Source of the DNA: Leptonemataceae bacterium
GTDB lineage: Bacteria; Spirochaetota; Leptospiria; Leptospirales; Leptonemataceae
DNA: 64,000 nucleotides
Assembly (NCBI GenBank): GCA_965227295.1
Contig: OZ245742.1
Location: 3,520,001 to 3,584,000 of the forward strand
Direction of reading: 5' to 3'
Part shown: positions 29,528-40,320 of the stretch, in pieces
Layout of the letters: each line of letters begins with the position of its first letter
Position numbering within the stretch: position 1 is the stretch's first letter
Translations under genes and position numbers: made by a program
Notes under the pieces: model-generated
Database searches by the model: none
What the model was told of the DNA's origin: nothing
Seen by the model: the letters and a program-made list of their open reading frames with translations, nothing else

Positions 29528-30436
29528 ATGGCCGGCGCGAAGATCATCAAAAAACGGATCTCATCCGTAAAGAACACGCGGAAGATTACGCGAACCATGG
29601 AAATGGTTTCCACCGCGAAGTCGAAGAAACTCATCGACCGCGTCAACGAAGCGAAGCCCTACGGTGACAAGCTGCGGGAGATCATGGAGTCCCTGGCGGG
29701 GCAGGGCGGCAACGTCGACTCGCCGTACCTCCGCGTGGAAGATCATCCGAAGCGCGTCGCCCTCGTTGTCGTCACGGCGAACCGCGGTCTGTGCGGCGGC
29801 TACAACGCCAACGTGCAGCGGATGGCGCGCCAGTACTACGTCAAACTCACGGAGCAGGGGAAGAACGTGGACGTTTTCATGATCGGCAAGAAAGGGCAGT
29901 CCTTCTTTCGATTCATGAAGGTTCCCATGAAGGAAACCTACCTTGAGTTCGACGACACGTTCACCTACGACCACGCTGACGCTCTGGCGACCATGCTCAT
30001 GCGTGATTTCGCGGGAAGTAAATATGACCGTGTGGAGATCGTTTCAACGATCTACTACAGTGCCGGTTCGCAAAAGCCCGGAATCACGCAACTGCTGCCC
30101 GTGGGCCTTGGTGAAAGCGAGAGCACGGACGACGCCGAAGAAGCGACCCAGGTAAAGGCCGACCCGGATGTGGCGGCCGGCGGTCCGGTCCTCTACGAAC
30201 CCGAGCCGGCCATCATCGCCGAGAAGATGATCCCCCTGGCCATAAAAACGACATTGTATCGCATGTTACTGGAAGCGGTGGCGTCGGAGCAGATAGCCCG
30301 CCGCATCGCAATGAAAAACGCCACCGACGCCGCCGGCGAGATGGTGAAACAACTGACGCGAACCTACAACCGGGCGCGCCAGGCCGGGATTACGCAGGAG
30401 ATTCTGGAAATCGTGGGCGGCGCGGACGCCCTCTAA
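29528..30436 (+). CDS. atpG: F0F1 ATP synthase subunit gamma
   Basis: KITRTMEMVS, RGLCGGYN, YNRARQAGITQEILEIV. Confidence 0.97.
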   Translation: MAGAKIIKKRISSVKNTRKITRTMEMVSTAKSKKLIDRVNEAKPYGDKLREIMESLAGQGGNVDSPYLRVEDHPKRVALVVVTANRGLCGGYNANVQRMARQYYVKLTEQGKNVDVFMIGKKGQSFFRFMKVPMKETYLEFDDTFTYDHADALATMLMRDFAGSKYDRVEIVSTIYYSAGSQKPGITQLLPVGLGESESTDDAEEATQVKADPDVAAGGPVLYEPEPAIIAEKMIPLAIKTTLYRMLLEAVASEQIARRIAMKNATDAAGEMVKQLTRTYNRARQAGITQEILEIVGGADAL

Positions 30437-30457
30437 GCGCAGACGAGCGCAACTTAA

Positions 30458-31900
<1,443 letters not shown>

Positions 31901-31902
31901 GC

Positions 31903-32310
31903 ATGGCAAGCCGGACCCAGCAACTCAGCGTTGTTACCCCGTCGAAGTTACTCTACGAGGGCGAGGTAACGGCCGTGCAGATTCCCCTCCACGACGGTCT
32001 GGTCGGGGTCCTCCCGGGGCATGCTCCGCTGATTGGTCTCCTGGGCTTCGGCCCGCTGACGTTGACGGACTCCGTCGGTCGGCGCATGTTTGCCATTGAC
32101 GGTGGTTTTGTAGAGATTACCCCGAAGCGGGTGACGGTCCTGGCCAATAGCGGACAGGCCCTGGAAGACGTGGACCTCGAAAAAGCACAGCGCGAATTCG
32201 ATGAGGCCATGGCCCTGCACGCCCACGGCGACGACGCCGTGCGGGATCGTCTGGACCGCATCGCCGCGGCCCGCACGCGCCTCAAATACGCGGCTCAGCT
32301 CAAGCGCTGA
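31903..32310 (+). CDS. atpC: F0F1 ATP synthase subunit epsilon
   Basis: VVTP, GVLPGHAPL, GGFVEI. Confidence 0.95.
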   Translation: MASRTQQLSVVTPSKLLYEGEVTAVQIPLHDGLVGVLPGHAPLIGLLGFGPLTLTDSVGRRMFAIDGGFVEITPKRVTVLANSGQALEDVDLEKAQREFDEAMALHAHGDDAVRDRLDRIAAARTRLKYAAQLKR

Positions 32311-32496
32311 GTCGTTTTCCCGCCATTTTCCCGAAAAATGATGGGCGGAATCCCGCCGGGCGGTAAAAATTCCCCGGAATCCGCCCTTCGCACGCCTTAT
32401 GTCTTAGATTTCGGGGTCCTATCATCCGATGATACAGTAGAGACCGGGCTCTCTCAGCGAAAGGCCCGGCAGTCTCATCTATAGAGTACAGGATTC

Positions 32497-34539
32497 ATGG
32501 AAGAACTCGGGAATCAAGACAGCGATCTGGAAGATCTGCCCCCCCTGGACGACATGCCCTTCAGCCTCGACGACGAGCCGCTGGATCTGGGTGACATAGA
32601 TCTGGAGGATGAAGGCGCCGCCGCGGGCGGTGATATCGGCGGGGATTTCTCCGACTCAGAAGGCGCAATGGAACTGGACCTCGATATGTCCGAGATGCCC
32701 GAAATGGGCGAGCTGGACGCCGAAGTCGGCGACAGCGCGGACTTCGAAGCCGACGGTGATTTTTCCGTACTGGAAGACCCGGACGCGTCGGAGATCGATG
32801 CATCGGACCTCGACGCGAGCGATGTGGCCGTACCGTCCGGGGACGAGGAAACTCCACCCGTTGACCTGGAAACCACCGACTCCGCTCCGGACGAAGCGGC
32901 CGGCGCGGAAGGCGTAGCGCCGTCCTTTTTCGATGAGGACGAAGACGAGACCGTCGCGTTGTCCGAGGACGAACTGGAAGATATCCTGGGAAATACCGAC
33001 GAAGGTTTTTTCGAGGACTTCGGAGAGGGTTCCGACGCGGACGAAACTCCGGCCACGGCGGACGAAGACGCCCTGGAAATGCGAAGCGATGCGGACCTCG
33101 TCCCCGATGTGGACCTGGAGCCCATTGCACCCGGCGCCGACTCGGACGATGCGTTCTCCGACGCGGAAAGCCTGGAACTGCCTCCCGAAGAAGAACTGGG
33201 CTTCGATGACTTTCACGACGGCGACAGCGATGTGCCGGCCGTCAGCGCCGATGCGCTCGACGACGATGCGTTGGTAGACGATGATTCGGCCGACGAGTTC
33301 TCCGCGGGCATTCTGGAAGGAGATGACGACGAACCCATCGCGCTCTCCGAAGACGAACTGGATAATATCATGGGCGACGTGAGCCCGGGCACCGGCGAGA
33401 TGCTGGAAACGCCCGGCCCGGAAGACGACGATGATGTTCTCGAAGACTTCGGCCCGGTCGACGACCTGGACACGGACGTGGATCCCTTCGAAGATTCCGG
33501 CAGTGAATCTGCCGTGGACGGAATGCCGGAAGACGAAGACGACGAAAACATCACCCTCTCGGACGATGAGCTGAGCCAGGTCCTGTTGGACGCGGACGGC
33601 GAAGACAACGCGGCCGCGGACGTTCCGGAGAACCTGGACGACGAAGACGGCGCCGGGTTGGTCTCCTACGAGGACGAGGATGATGTTCCGGACAGCCCGT
33701 CGCTCTCGACGCTCGATATGGAAGATGACGAGCCCATCGCACTGACTCCCGAAGAACTGGGGAACATTGTCTCCGAGGTCGAAGGCGACGAGGTCGTAGA
33801 ATCCGACGGCATGGAGTTAGGCGAAGACGACTACGCCATGGCCGGCGTGGACGACGACGACTTCGGTGATTTTGAGACGGGTACGGACGATACCTTCGAG
33901 GCCGACGACGACTTCGGTGCCGCGGACGACGATTTTGCTGCCGCCGACGATGGTGAAGATTTCTCAGCCGACGATGACGAGGCCTACTCAGCAGACGCCC
34001 TGGGCGGTGACGATGACGGCGACGTGGCCCTGTCCGACAGCGAACTGGGGTCCATCCTCGAAGATACGGACACGGACAGCGCCACCACCGCCGAGGGAGT
34101 GGCCCCGCCGGACGATTTCGATGACTTCGACGACTTTGAAGATGCCGGCGACTTTGCTGACAGCGGCGATGCCGGCGACGTGGACGAGGCCGCGGCCGTA
34201 GCCGGCGTGGTGCCCTCGGACGATGAGTTCGCCGACGGCAAGGTCATCGTGCTGGACGAGTACGAAGATCAGGGCGGGGACGAACCGGTGGTCGAAGGAC
34301 CGCCGGAAATCGAAGAGGATGCGGCGGCAGTGGCTCCTGCGGCGGCGGCATCCGAGGGTCTGGCCGCACGGGCCGAACGCATTGCCGATGAGGAAAACCT
34401 CAACCGCGAAGAACTGCGCACCATGATCTCGTATCTGGACGGACTCTTCGACCAATTGCCCGAGGACACCGTGCGCGAATTCAGCCGCTCGCAGTACTTT
34501 GATCTATACAAGAAGATCATGGGCGAACTCGGCCTGTAA
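32497..34539 (+). CDS. Extremely acidic low-complexity protein with five internal motif repeats and a folded C-terminal tail
   Basis: Asp/Glu-dominated; repeats DETVALSEDEL, DEPIALSEDEL, DENITLSDDEL, DEPIALTPEEL, GDVALSDSEL; C-terminal YLDGLFDQLPEDTVREFSRSQYFDLYKK. Confidence 0.85.
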   Translation: MEELGNQDSDLEDLPPLDDMPFSLDDEPLDLGDIDLEDEGAAAGGDIGGDFSDSEGAMELDLDMSEMPEMGELDAEVGDSADFEADGDFSVLEDPDASEIDASDLDASDVAVPSGDEETPPVDLETTDSAPDEAAGAEGVAPSFFDEDEDETVALSEDELEDILGNTDEGFFEDFGEGSDADETPATADEDALEMRSDADLVPDVDLEPIAPGADSDDAFSDAESLELPPEEELGFDDFHDGDSDVPAVSADALDDDALVDDDSADEFSAGILEGDDDEPIALSEDELDNIMGDVSPGTGEMLETPGPEDDDDVLEDFGPVDDLDTDVDPFEDSGSESAVDGMPEDEDDENITLSDDELSQVLLDADGEDNAAADVPENLDDEDGAGLVSYEDEDDVPDSPSLSTLDMEDDEPIALTPEELGNIVSEVEGDEVVESDGMELGEDDYAMAGVDDDDFGDFETGTDDTFEADDDFGAADDDFAAADDGEDFSADDDEAYSADALGGDDDGDVALSDSELGSILEDTDTDSATTAEGVAPPDDFDDFDDFEDAGDFADSGDAGDVDEAAAVAGVVPSDDEFADGKVIVLDEYEDQGGDEPVVEGPPEIEEDAAAVAPAAAASEGLAARAERIADEENLNREELRTMISYLDGLFDQLPEDTVREFSRSQYFDLYKKIMGELGL

Positions 34540-34565
34540 GTGTAAGATGTTTCCGATCACGATCT

Positions 34566-37500
34566 ATGGGGTTGCTCGAAAAAGCCACGCGTTTCGCCGC
34601 GGAACTCAGCGACGACGATTCACCTCCGTCTATTGATCGTGCCGTGCGCGGGCTCCGTGCGCGGGCGGACCTCTTTCGCAAAGAGGACGGCCTGCGCGAG
34701 CAGCGATCCGCCGCTCCCTCTCCATCGGCTCCCGCCTCCGGCGTAAAAATCCGCGGTCTGCGTGAACGGGCCGAGACCATGCGTGAGGCCGATCGCGAGC
34801 AGGGCATCGAAACCCCGCCGCCCGCCGCCAGCGAACCTCCGGCGGAGGGCCCGGTCCCCGGCATCAGTCAGGCGGAGATTGTCGCGCTGGACGACGACTT
34901 CCTGGCGGAAATGCTGCCGGAAGAAGAGGTCGACGCCGCCTTTGATATGGCGTCCGAGCCTGCGCCGGTCGCAGAAGGGAGCGGCACTGTAACCGACAGG
35001 CCCGCAGCAGAGGCGGCCCCGTCCGTCGCTGAAACAGCGCCGCGGGAAGCCCGGACACCCGAACCCGCCAGGCCATCGCAAGAACCTGCGCCCGCGGTCC
35101 CGGAGGCTCCTGCGCCTGCCGCGTCGGATGAAGGCAAGGGCGGCGGACTCCTGGCCCGCGCGGAATCTCTCCGGGATGAGCCGGAAACCGGGGCAGAAGC
35201 ACCCGCCCCGGCTGCCGGGGAGCCTGAGCCGATTGCGGAAGAGCCCGCTCCAATTGCGGAAGAACCGGCCCCTGTCGCAGAGGAATCCGCGGCCATCGAC
35301 GACGGTGATTTCGAATCGGCCCTGGACCTGGAGAGCGCTCTCGACTTCGACGACGATCTGTCCTTCGAAGCCGACGAAGACACGGCGCCCGCATCCAGAG
35401 AAGAAGAACTCGTTTTCGCAGATGATCCCCTGGACGAATCGGCAGCCGTTGATGATTCGTCTGTAACTTCTGATGAGCAGGAGTTAGAGAAGGAGCCCGT
35501 CGACGAAGCGGAGTCGGACTTCGCCACCGATGAGTTCGATTATCTCCTCGATGACGAAGGACTGCCGGACGACGCGACCGCTGAAGAAGAGGACGTGCTC
35601 ATCGGTGACGATGCGGATCGCCTGGGCGAAGCGCCGTCTCCGCAGTCGGGCATGGACGTGGACGGCGATGCGGCGACAGCGGAGCAGCCGGCCTACGATA
35701 CCGAGGCGATGAAGGAATTCGACGATTTCCTCGAACGCGAAATTCTGCCCGAGGACTTGCCTGAGGCACCGCGACGGCCTTCCGCCGGGGATGATGCCGG
35801 CGATGGCCTCTTCGCGGATGAACCCTTCGCCGCCGAGGACGGCTTTCCCGACCTCGACTACAAACCCTCGGATCCGGCGGACGACCCGGCGCTGGACGGG
35901 CGCACGGCGCTTACGCCGGCGGACGAGGCCGATGAAGAAGACCCCTTCGGCCTATGGGAGCGGGACGCCGAACAGCAGGCGGAGGATGAGTCCCGTCGTC
36001 TCGCATCGGGCCGTGATGCCGAAGAGATGGAGCACAGCGACGGCTCCATCGTCCTCGAACAGGGAGACGGTTTTTCCACCGAACCGATCGAAGCGCACAT
36101 TGCGTCCCAGCGTAAGATCGATCACTACCTGGCGTTGTTCGACATCACGAAAGAGATTTCGAACATTGCCGATTTCGACGAGCTCTGGGAGAGCCTGCTG
36201 TATGCGATCATGGGACAGGTGGGCGCCGAGACGATCTGTATCTTCTCTTCGACGCAGCGCGTGCAGTCCGGTGCCATCTATTACCCCGTGGCGCATTCGG
36301 GTTTCGAGATGCCCGAGGGCTGGGCCCTCAAACGCGGCGACGAGCTTTACGACCGTGCCGCCGAAGAAAGCGGCGTAAAGTACGCCGAGGAATTCTTAAG
36401 CTCCGTCGGCGATCCGATCTCGCCGCTGGAACGCAGGATCCTGGAAACATCGCGGGCGCAACTGGTGGTCCCGCTCAAGAACATGAATCACATGTTCGGC
36501 ATTGTCTTACTCGGCGGCCAGGTTTCCGGCGATGACTATACCATCGACGACATGGAGTTCCTGACGCTCCTCGGTGAGATTGCGGCGGTGGGCGTGGACC
36601 GGGTGCTTTCCCGCATCGAGTTCGAGCGGGACACCGAAGAGTTGCGCCGGCGGAACGTCGTGCACGGCAGCATGTTCTCGCTGGCCCGGCGTGCCTCCAC
36701 GACGAAGTCCATCGACGAGATGTACGACATCCTCACGCAACACCTGCGCGAGGACTTCCACGTGGAGTCGTTCTCCCTCGTGCTGCTCTCGCCGAAGGAT
36801 CGCTCGTATCGCATCTTTGCCGGGAATGAGATCAGTCCGGAGTCCATTGAGAAGTTCCGGCTCCCGACGGACTCGGATCTCATCGCCACGATCTCCAACC
36901 TGGTGCGAGTCTACGATCTCAAGGATTTCAGGGAAAACCGTGAAATCACTTCATCTTATACGAACGACGACCTCGCCTTAATGCAACATTACTGGATCGT
37001 ACCGCTCATCAACATGAACTGGCTGGTGGGATTCATTACGATTCATCGCACTAACGCGCCGTGGACCGAGTTCCATCGTGAGCTGATGGTCACCGCCGCG
37101 GAAATCGTTTCCGCCGTGTTCGCGAATTGCATCATCATGGGCGAGCGTGAGACGCTGTTCCGCGATCCGTTCAGCCCCCTGGAAGAACGCCTGAAACGCG
37201 AACTGGATCGTTCGGCGCAGTTTCAGGCGCCGCTCAGCCTCGTGGACATTCGCGTGCGCAACATCAAGCGTCTGGTGGAACTCAACCCGTCCGACGAAAT
37301 CGCGGAATTCCTGGCGGCGCTGAATCGCTCGATTGCGACGTTCCTGTTCGAGTCGGATTTCATGGCCCGGGTCGGTCAGGGACGTTTTGCTTTGATTCTG
37401 CCGGGCCGCAGTAAAGAGGAGGCGGACGTCTTCGCGAAGAAACTGCGCGCGGAATTCCGGCGCATGCGTTTGCTTCCGGGCTCGCCGGTGGACATTCAGT

Positions 37501-37571
37501 ACAACCACAACATCGTCACCGCCCCCGCCGATACGGATGACGCCGGAAAAATGTTGTCCATTTTCGAATAA
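34566..37571 (+). CDS. Acidic disordered N-terminus + two GAF domains + degenerate GGDEF domain
   Basis: LVVPL..FGIVLLG..YTIDDMEFL and IVPL..LVGFITI GAF patterns; ARVGQGRFALILP in place of GGDEF. Confidence 0.8.
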   Translation: MGLLEKATRFAAELSDDDSPPSIDRAVRGLRARADLFRKEDGLREQRSAAPSPSAPASGVKIRGLRERAETMREADREQGIETPPPAASEPPAEGPVPGISQAEIVALDDDFLAEMLPEEEVDAAFDMASEPAPVAEGSGTVTDRPAAEAAPSVAETAPREARTPEPARPSQEPAPAVPEAPAPAASDEGKGGGLLARAESLRDEPETGAEAPAPAAGEPEPIAEEPAPIAEEPAPVAEESAAIDDGDFESALDLESALDFDDDLSFEADEDTAPASREEELVFADDPLDESAAVDDSSVTSDEQELEKEPVDEAESDFATDEFDYLLDDEGLPDDATAEEEDVLIGDDADRLGEAPSPQSGMDVDGDAATAEQPAYDTEAMKEFDDFLEREILPEDLPEAPRRPSAGDDAGDGLFADEPFAAEDGFPDLDYKPSDPADDPALDGRTALTPADEADEEDPFGLWERDAEQQAEDESRRLASGRDAEEMEHSDGSIVLEQGDGFSTEPIEAHIASQRKIDHYLALFDITKEISNIADFDELWESLLYAIMGQVGAETICIFSSTQRVQSGAIYYPVAHSGFEMPEGWALKRGDELYDRAAEESGVKYAEEFLSSVGDPISPLERRILETSRAQLVVPLKNMNHMFGIVLLGGQVSGDDYTIDDMEFLTLLGEIAAVGVDRVLSRIEFERDTEELRRRNVVHGSMFSLARRASTTKSIDEMYDILTQHLREDFHVESFSLVLLSPKDRSYRIFAGNEISPESIEKFRLPTDSDLIATISNLVRVYDLKDFRENREITSSYTNDDLALMQHYWIVPLINMNWLVGFITIHRTNAPWTEFHRELMVTAAEIVSAVFANCIIMGERETLFRDPFSPLEERLKRELDRSAQFQAPLSLVDIRVRNIKRLVELNPSDEIAEFLAALNRSIATFLFESDFMARVGQGRFALILPGRSKEEADVFAKKLRAEFRRMRLLPGSPVDIQYNHNIVTAPADTDDAGKMLSIFE

Positions 37572-37590
37572 TCCCTGACATCGTAGAATC

Positions 37591-38232
37591 ATGCAGTCTT
37601 CCGTGATCGCGGCGTATTCGCGCGCATTTTTCCTCACGGCCGTCGGGTGTGTCGTTCTCTGTAGCGCTTTTGTTGCCTGTCGCAGCGGTGAGACGACCTC
37701 CGACGGCGGGGGGACCGAAACGTCCGACGGCGGTTTTCAGGAAGATCAGCCGCAATACCCGGAACCCGGCGACGACCCGTTCTTCCACGAGGATACCGAG
37801 GACTCCACTGCCTTTCGGGTGCTCATTCGCCGGGGGAACTACGAGGTCCGGCAGGTACAGTACAAAAACGCCGTCAAACGCAAAGAAGATCCTGTGGGGG
37901 ACCGCGAGCAGATGCAGTTCTTCCACGAGAAGCTGCAGGAAATCGACTTTATTGAGATGACTCTCGAAGGTACCATTGAAGTACGCCTCAGCCCCATCAA
38001 CGGACAAATCGAACACATTACGTACGTGAACGGTAAGACGCCGCGCACCTGGCAGGCCAGTAAGTACTTTCAGGACGACGTCAGCCGCTTTCGTTTCGAA
38101 GCACCCAACGGCGGCGTACCCATGCGCCGTTTTCGCGTGGAGTACCGCTGGCGCATCGATCCGCGGGAAGGCATGTCCGAGGAAGAACGCAAGCGTCGGG
38201 CCGTGGAGTGGCTGAAACAACAGACGCGCTGA
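37591..38232 (+). CDS. Hypothetical lipoprotein, possible TonB C-terminal-like fold
   Basis: FVAC lipobox-like; GTIEVRLSPINGQIEHI...VSRFRF pattern. Confidence 0.6.
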   Translation: MQSSVIAAYSRAFFLTAVGCVVLCSAFVACRSGETTSDGGGTETSDGGFQEDQPQYPEPGDDPFFHEDTEDSTAFRVLIRRGNYEVRQVQYKNAVKRKEDPVGDREQMQFFHEKLQEIDFIEMTLEGTIEVRLSPINGQIEHITYVNGKTPRTWQASKYFQDDVSRFRFEAPNGGVPMRRFRVEYRWRIDPREGMSEEERKRRAVEWLKQQTR

Positions 38233-38236
38233 ACTT

Positions 38237-38905
38237 ATGTTTTTGCTGATCGTAACGCAGACGTTGCACGTCGTGATGATCATCGTCGGGATCGTCGCCG
38301 CGGCTGTGTTTGCGTTTTTGTTTTATCGACTCTTTATTCATCCGGCGTTGCAGCTGAAGGCCGACCAGGAGTCGCCGCCGCCCGAGGCGGGCTATACCCT
38401 CGACATCATTCTGGAAGATCCGACGCGCTTTCGTACGATCGCCGTGGGTTGTCTGGACGGGGACATCAAGCTGCGCCTGAACGGCATCAAAGAAGATCAG
38501 CTCGTGCTGAAGTTCAAGAAGGAGCGGGACTTAGAAGAGTACGAAATCACCGTGGTGCCCGGGGCGAATATCTTTTACCGGGCCCCGCACGCGCAGAAGA
38601 TCGAGCCGCTCAAGAGTTCCGAGATTTTCGAAAGCCGCGAACTGATCGGTCACCCGGCGCTCTTTCGAGTCGCGGCGCACGTAAAGAATAACCGCCCGCT
38701 GCAATACGTGGAGTTCGAGCTTTCGACGCAGTACTTCATCAACAACATCGGCGAAGAAAAAATGAAATTCCCGCTGACGATGAAGCGCATCTTCCCCGGC
38801 GTGGATGTCAACTCGCGCAATAAGAAGGGCCTCTACGTCTTCGGCCGCTTCCAGGTGGAGCACAGCGACCAGGAGGAGGAAGCCGCCGCCGAAGCGGAGG
38901 CCTGA
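38237..38905 (+). CDS. Membrane-anchored hypothetical protein
   Basis: N-terminal TM helix, beta-rich soluble domain, typical codon usage. Confidence 0.7.
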   Translation: MFLLIVTQTLHVVMIIVGIVAAAVFAFLFYRLFIHPALQLKADQESPPPEAGYTLDIILEDPTRFRTIAVGCLDGDIKLRLNGIKEDQLVLKFKKERDLEEYEITVVPGANIFYRAPHAQKIEPLKSSEIFESRELIGHPALFRVAAHVKNNRPLQYVEFELSTQYFINNIGEEKMKFPLTMKRIFPGVDVNSRNKKGLYVFGRFQVEHSDQEEEAAAEAEA

Positions 38906-38925
38906 TCCTCAAATACAAACATCTT

Positions 38926-40290
38926 ATGGAATCATCTTTAGCCTCACCAAAATCCGGACTGCGTTTTCACGCCAGGCTGCGCTGCATCGAATGCAATGCG
39001 GAGTATTCGCTCACCGAAGTCATCTATCGTTGCCGTAGTTGCGACGGCCTGCTCGGCGTCAGCCACGACCTGGAACCGATTCGTTCGGTGGGCGCTACGA
39101 CCTGGAAGAATCTTTTTACCGAACGCATGGGTTCGTTTACGAAGGCGGATTCGAGCGGGATCTGGTCGAAACGCGAGTGGGTGTTACCGGACATCCACGA
39201 CGACGACATCGTCACCCACGGCGAAGGACGAACGCCGCTTTCGGATCTGCCGGAACTCGCGGAGGAACTGGGACTCAGGGAGCTGCGCATCAAGCAGTGC
39301 GGCGTTTCGCATACGGGTTCGTTTAAGGACCTGGGCATGACCGTGCTCGTCAGCCACGTGAAGTCGCTCATGCGTCAGGGGACGAATATCCGTGCGGTGG
39401 CCTGCGCGTCATCCGGCGATACCTCCGCGGCTCTCGCTGCTTACGCTGCCGCGGCGGGAGTGCCGACGATCGTATTTTTACCGGCGGGCAAGATCTCCAC
39501 GGCCCAGCTACTGCAGCCGCTGGCCTGCGGCGCCCATGTCCTTTCCCTGGATACCGACTTCGACGGTTGCATGGCAATTGTTCGAGAAGTCACCGGCCGG
39601 GATCCTTCCATTTATCTTGCGAACTCCATGAACCCGTTGCGCATCGAAGGACAGAAGACCGTGGCCGTCGAGTTGTGCCAGCAAATGCACTGGGACGTTC
39701 CCGATTGGGTCATCATTCCCGGCGGGAACCTGGGCAACGTCCACGCGCTCGGGGAGGGCTTCAAGCTCTTGAGGGAGGCCGGCATCATCGATCGTTTTCC
39801 GCGCATCTGTGTGGCCCAGGCGGAGCGGGCGAATCCGCTGTACCTGAGTTTTAAGAAAGACTTCACGGAGTACCAGCCGGTGGCTGCCGGTGATACCCAG
39901 GCGTCGGCGATTCGCATCGGCAATCCGGTGAGTTACCCGCGTGCCGTTCGTACGCTGCGTGAATTCGAAGGCGTGGTGGAACAGGCCACGGAAGCGGAGT
40001 TGGCCCAGGCGGCGGCGCGTACGGATCGCCACGGGCAGTTTACCGATCCGCATACGGCAGTGGCCCTGGCGTCGCTCTTTAAACTGCGCGAGTCCGGGAT
40101 CATCGAGGGTGGACAGCGTGTGGCCCTCATCTCCACCGCGCATGGTCTGAAGTTTGTGGAGTTCAAAACGGCGTATCACGAAGCGCGGCTGCCGGGGCAG
40201 AGCGAGTATCCGCATCGCAACGAACCCGTCCGTTTACCGGCGAACGGCGACGCGGTCCGTCGCAAACTGAACGAACTCCTGGGCGGTTGA
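38926..40290 (+). CDS. thrC: Threonine synthase
   Basis: HTGSFKDLG (PLP Lys), CASSGDTSAAL, IPGGNLGN, STAHGLKF; N-terminal CxxC..CxxC. Confidence 0.95.
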   Translation: MESSLASPKSGLRFHARLRCIECNAEYSLTEVIYRCRSCDGLLGVSHDLEPIRSVGATTWKNLFTERMGSFTKADSSGIWSKREWVLPDIHDDDIVTHGEGRTPLSDLPELAEELGLRELRIKQCGVSHTGSFKDLGMTVLVSHVKSLMRQGTNIRAVACASSGDTSAALAAYAAAAGVPTIVFLPAGKISTAQLLQPLACGAHVLSLDTDFDGCMAIVREVTGRDPSIYLANSMNPLRIEGQKTVAVELCQQMHWDVPDWVIIPGGNLGNVHALGEGFKLLREAGIIDRFPRICVAQAERANPLYLSFKKDFTEYQPVAAGDTQASAIRIGNPVSYPRAVRTLREFEGVVEQATEAELAQAAARTDRHGQFTDPHTAVALASLFKLRESGIIEGGQRVALISTAHGLKFVEFKTAYHEARLPGQSEYPHRNEPVRLPANGDAVRRKLNELLGG

Positions 40291-40320
40291 GTCGACGTTC
40301 GAGGATGATGTACGAACTGC

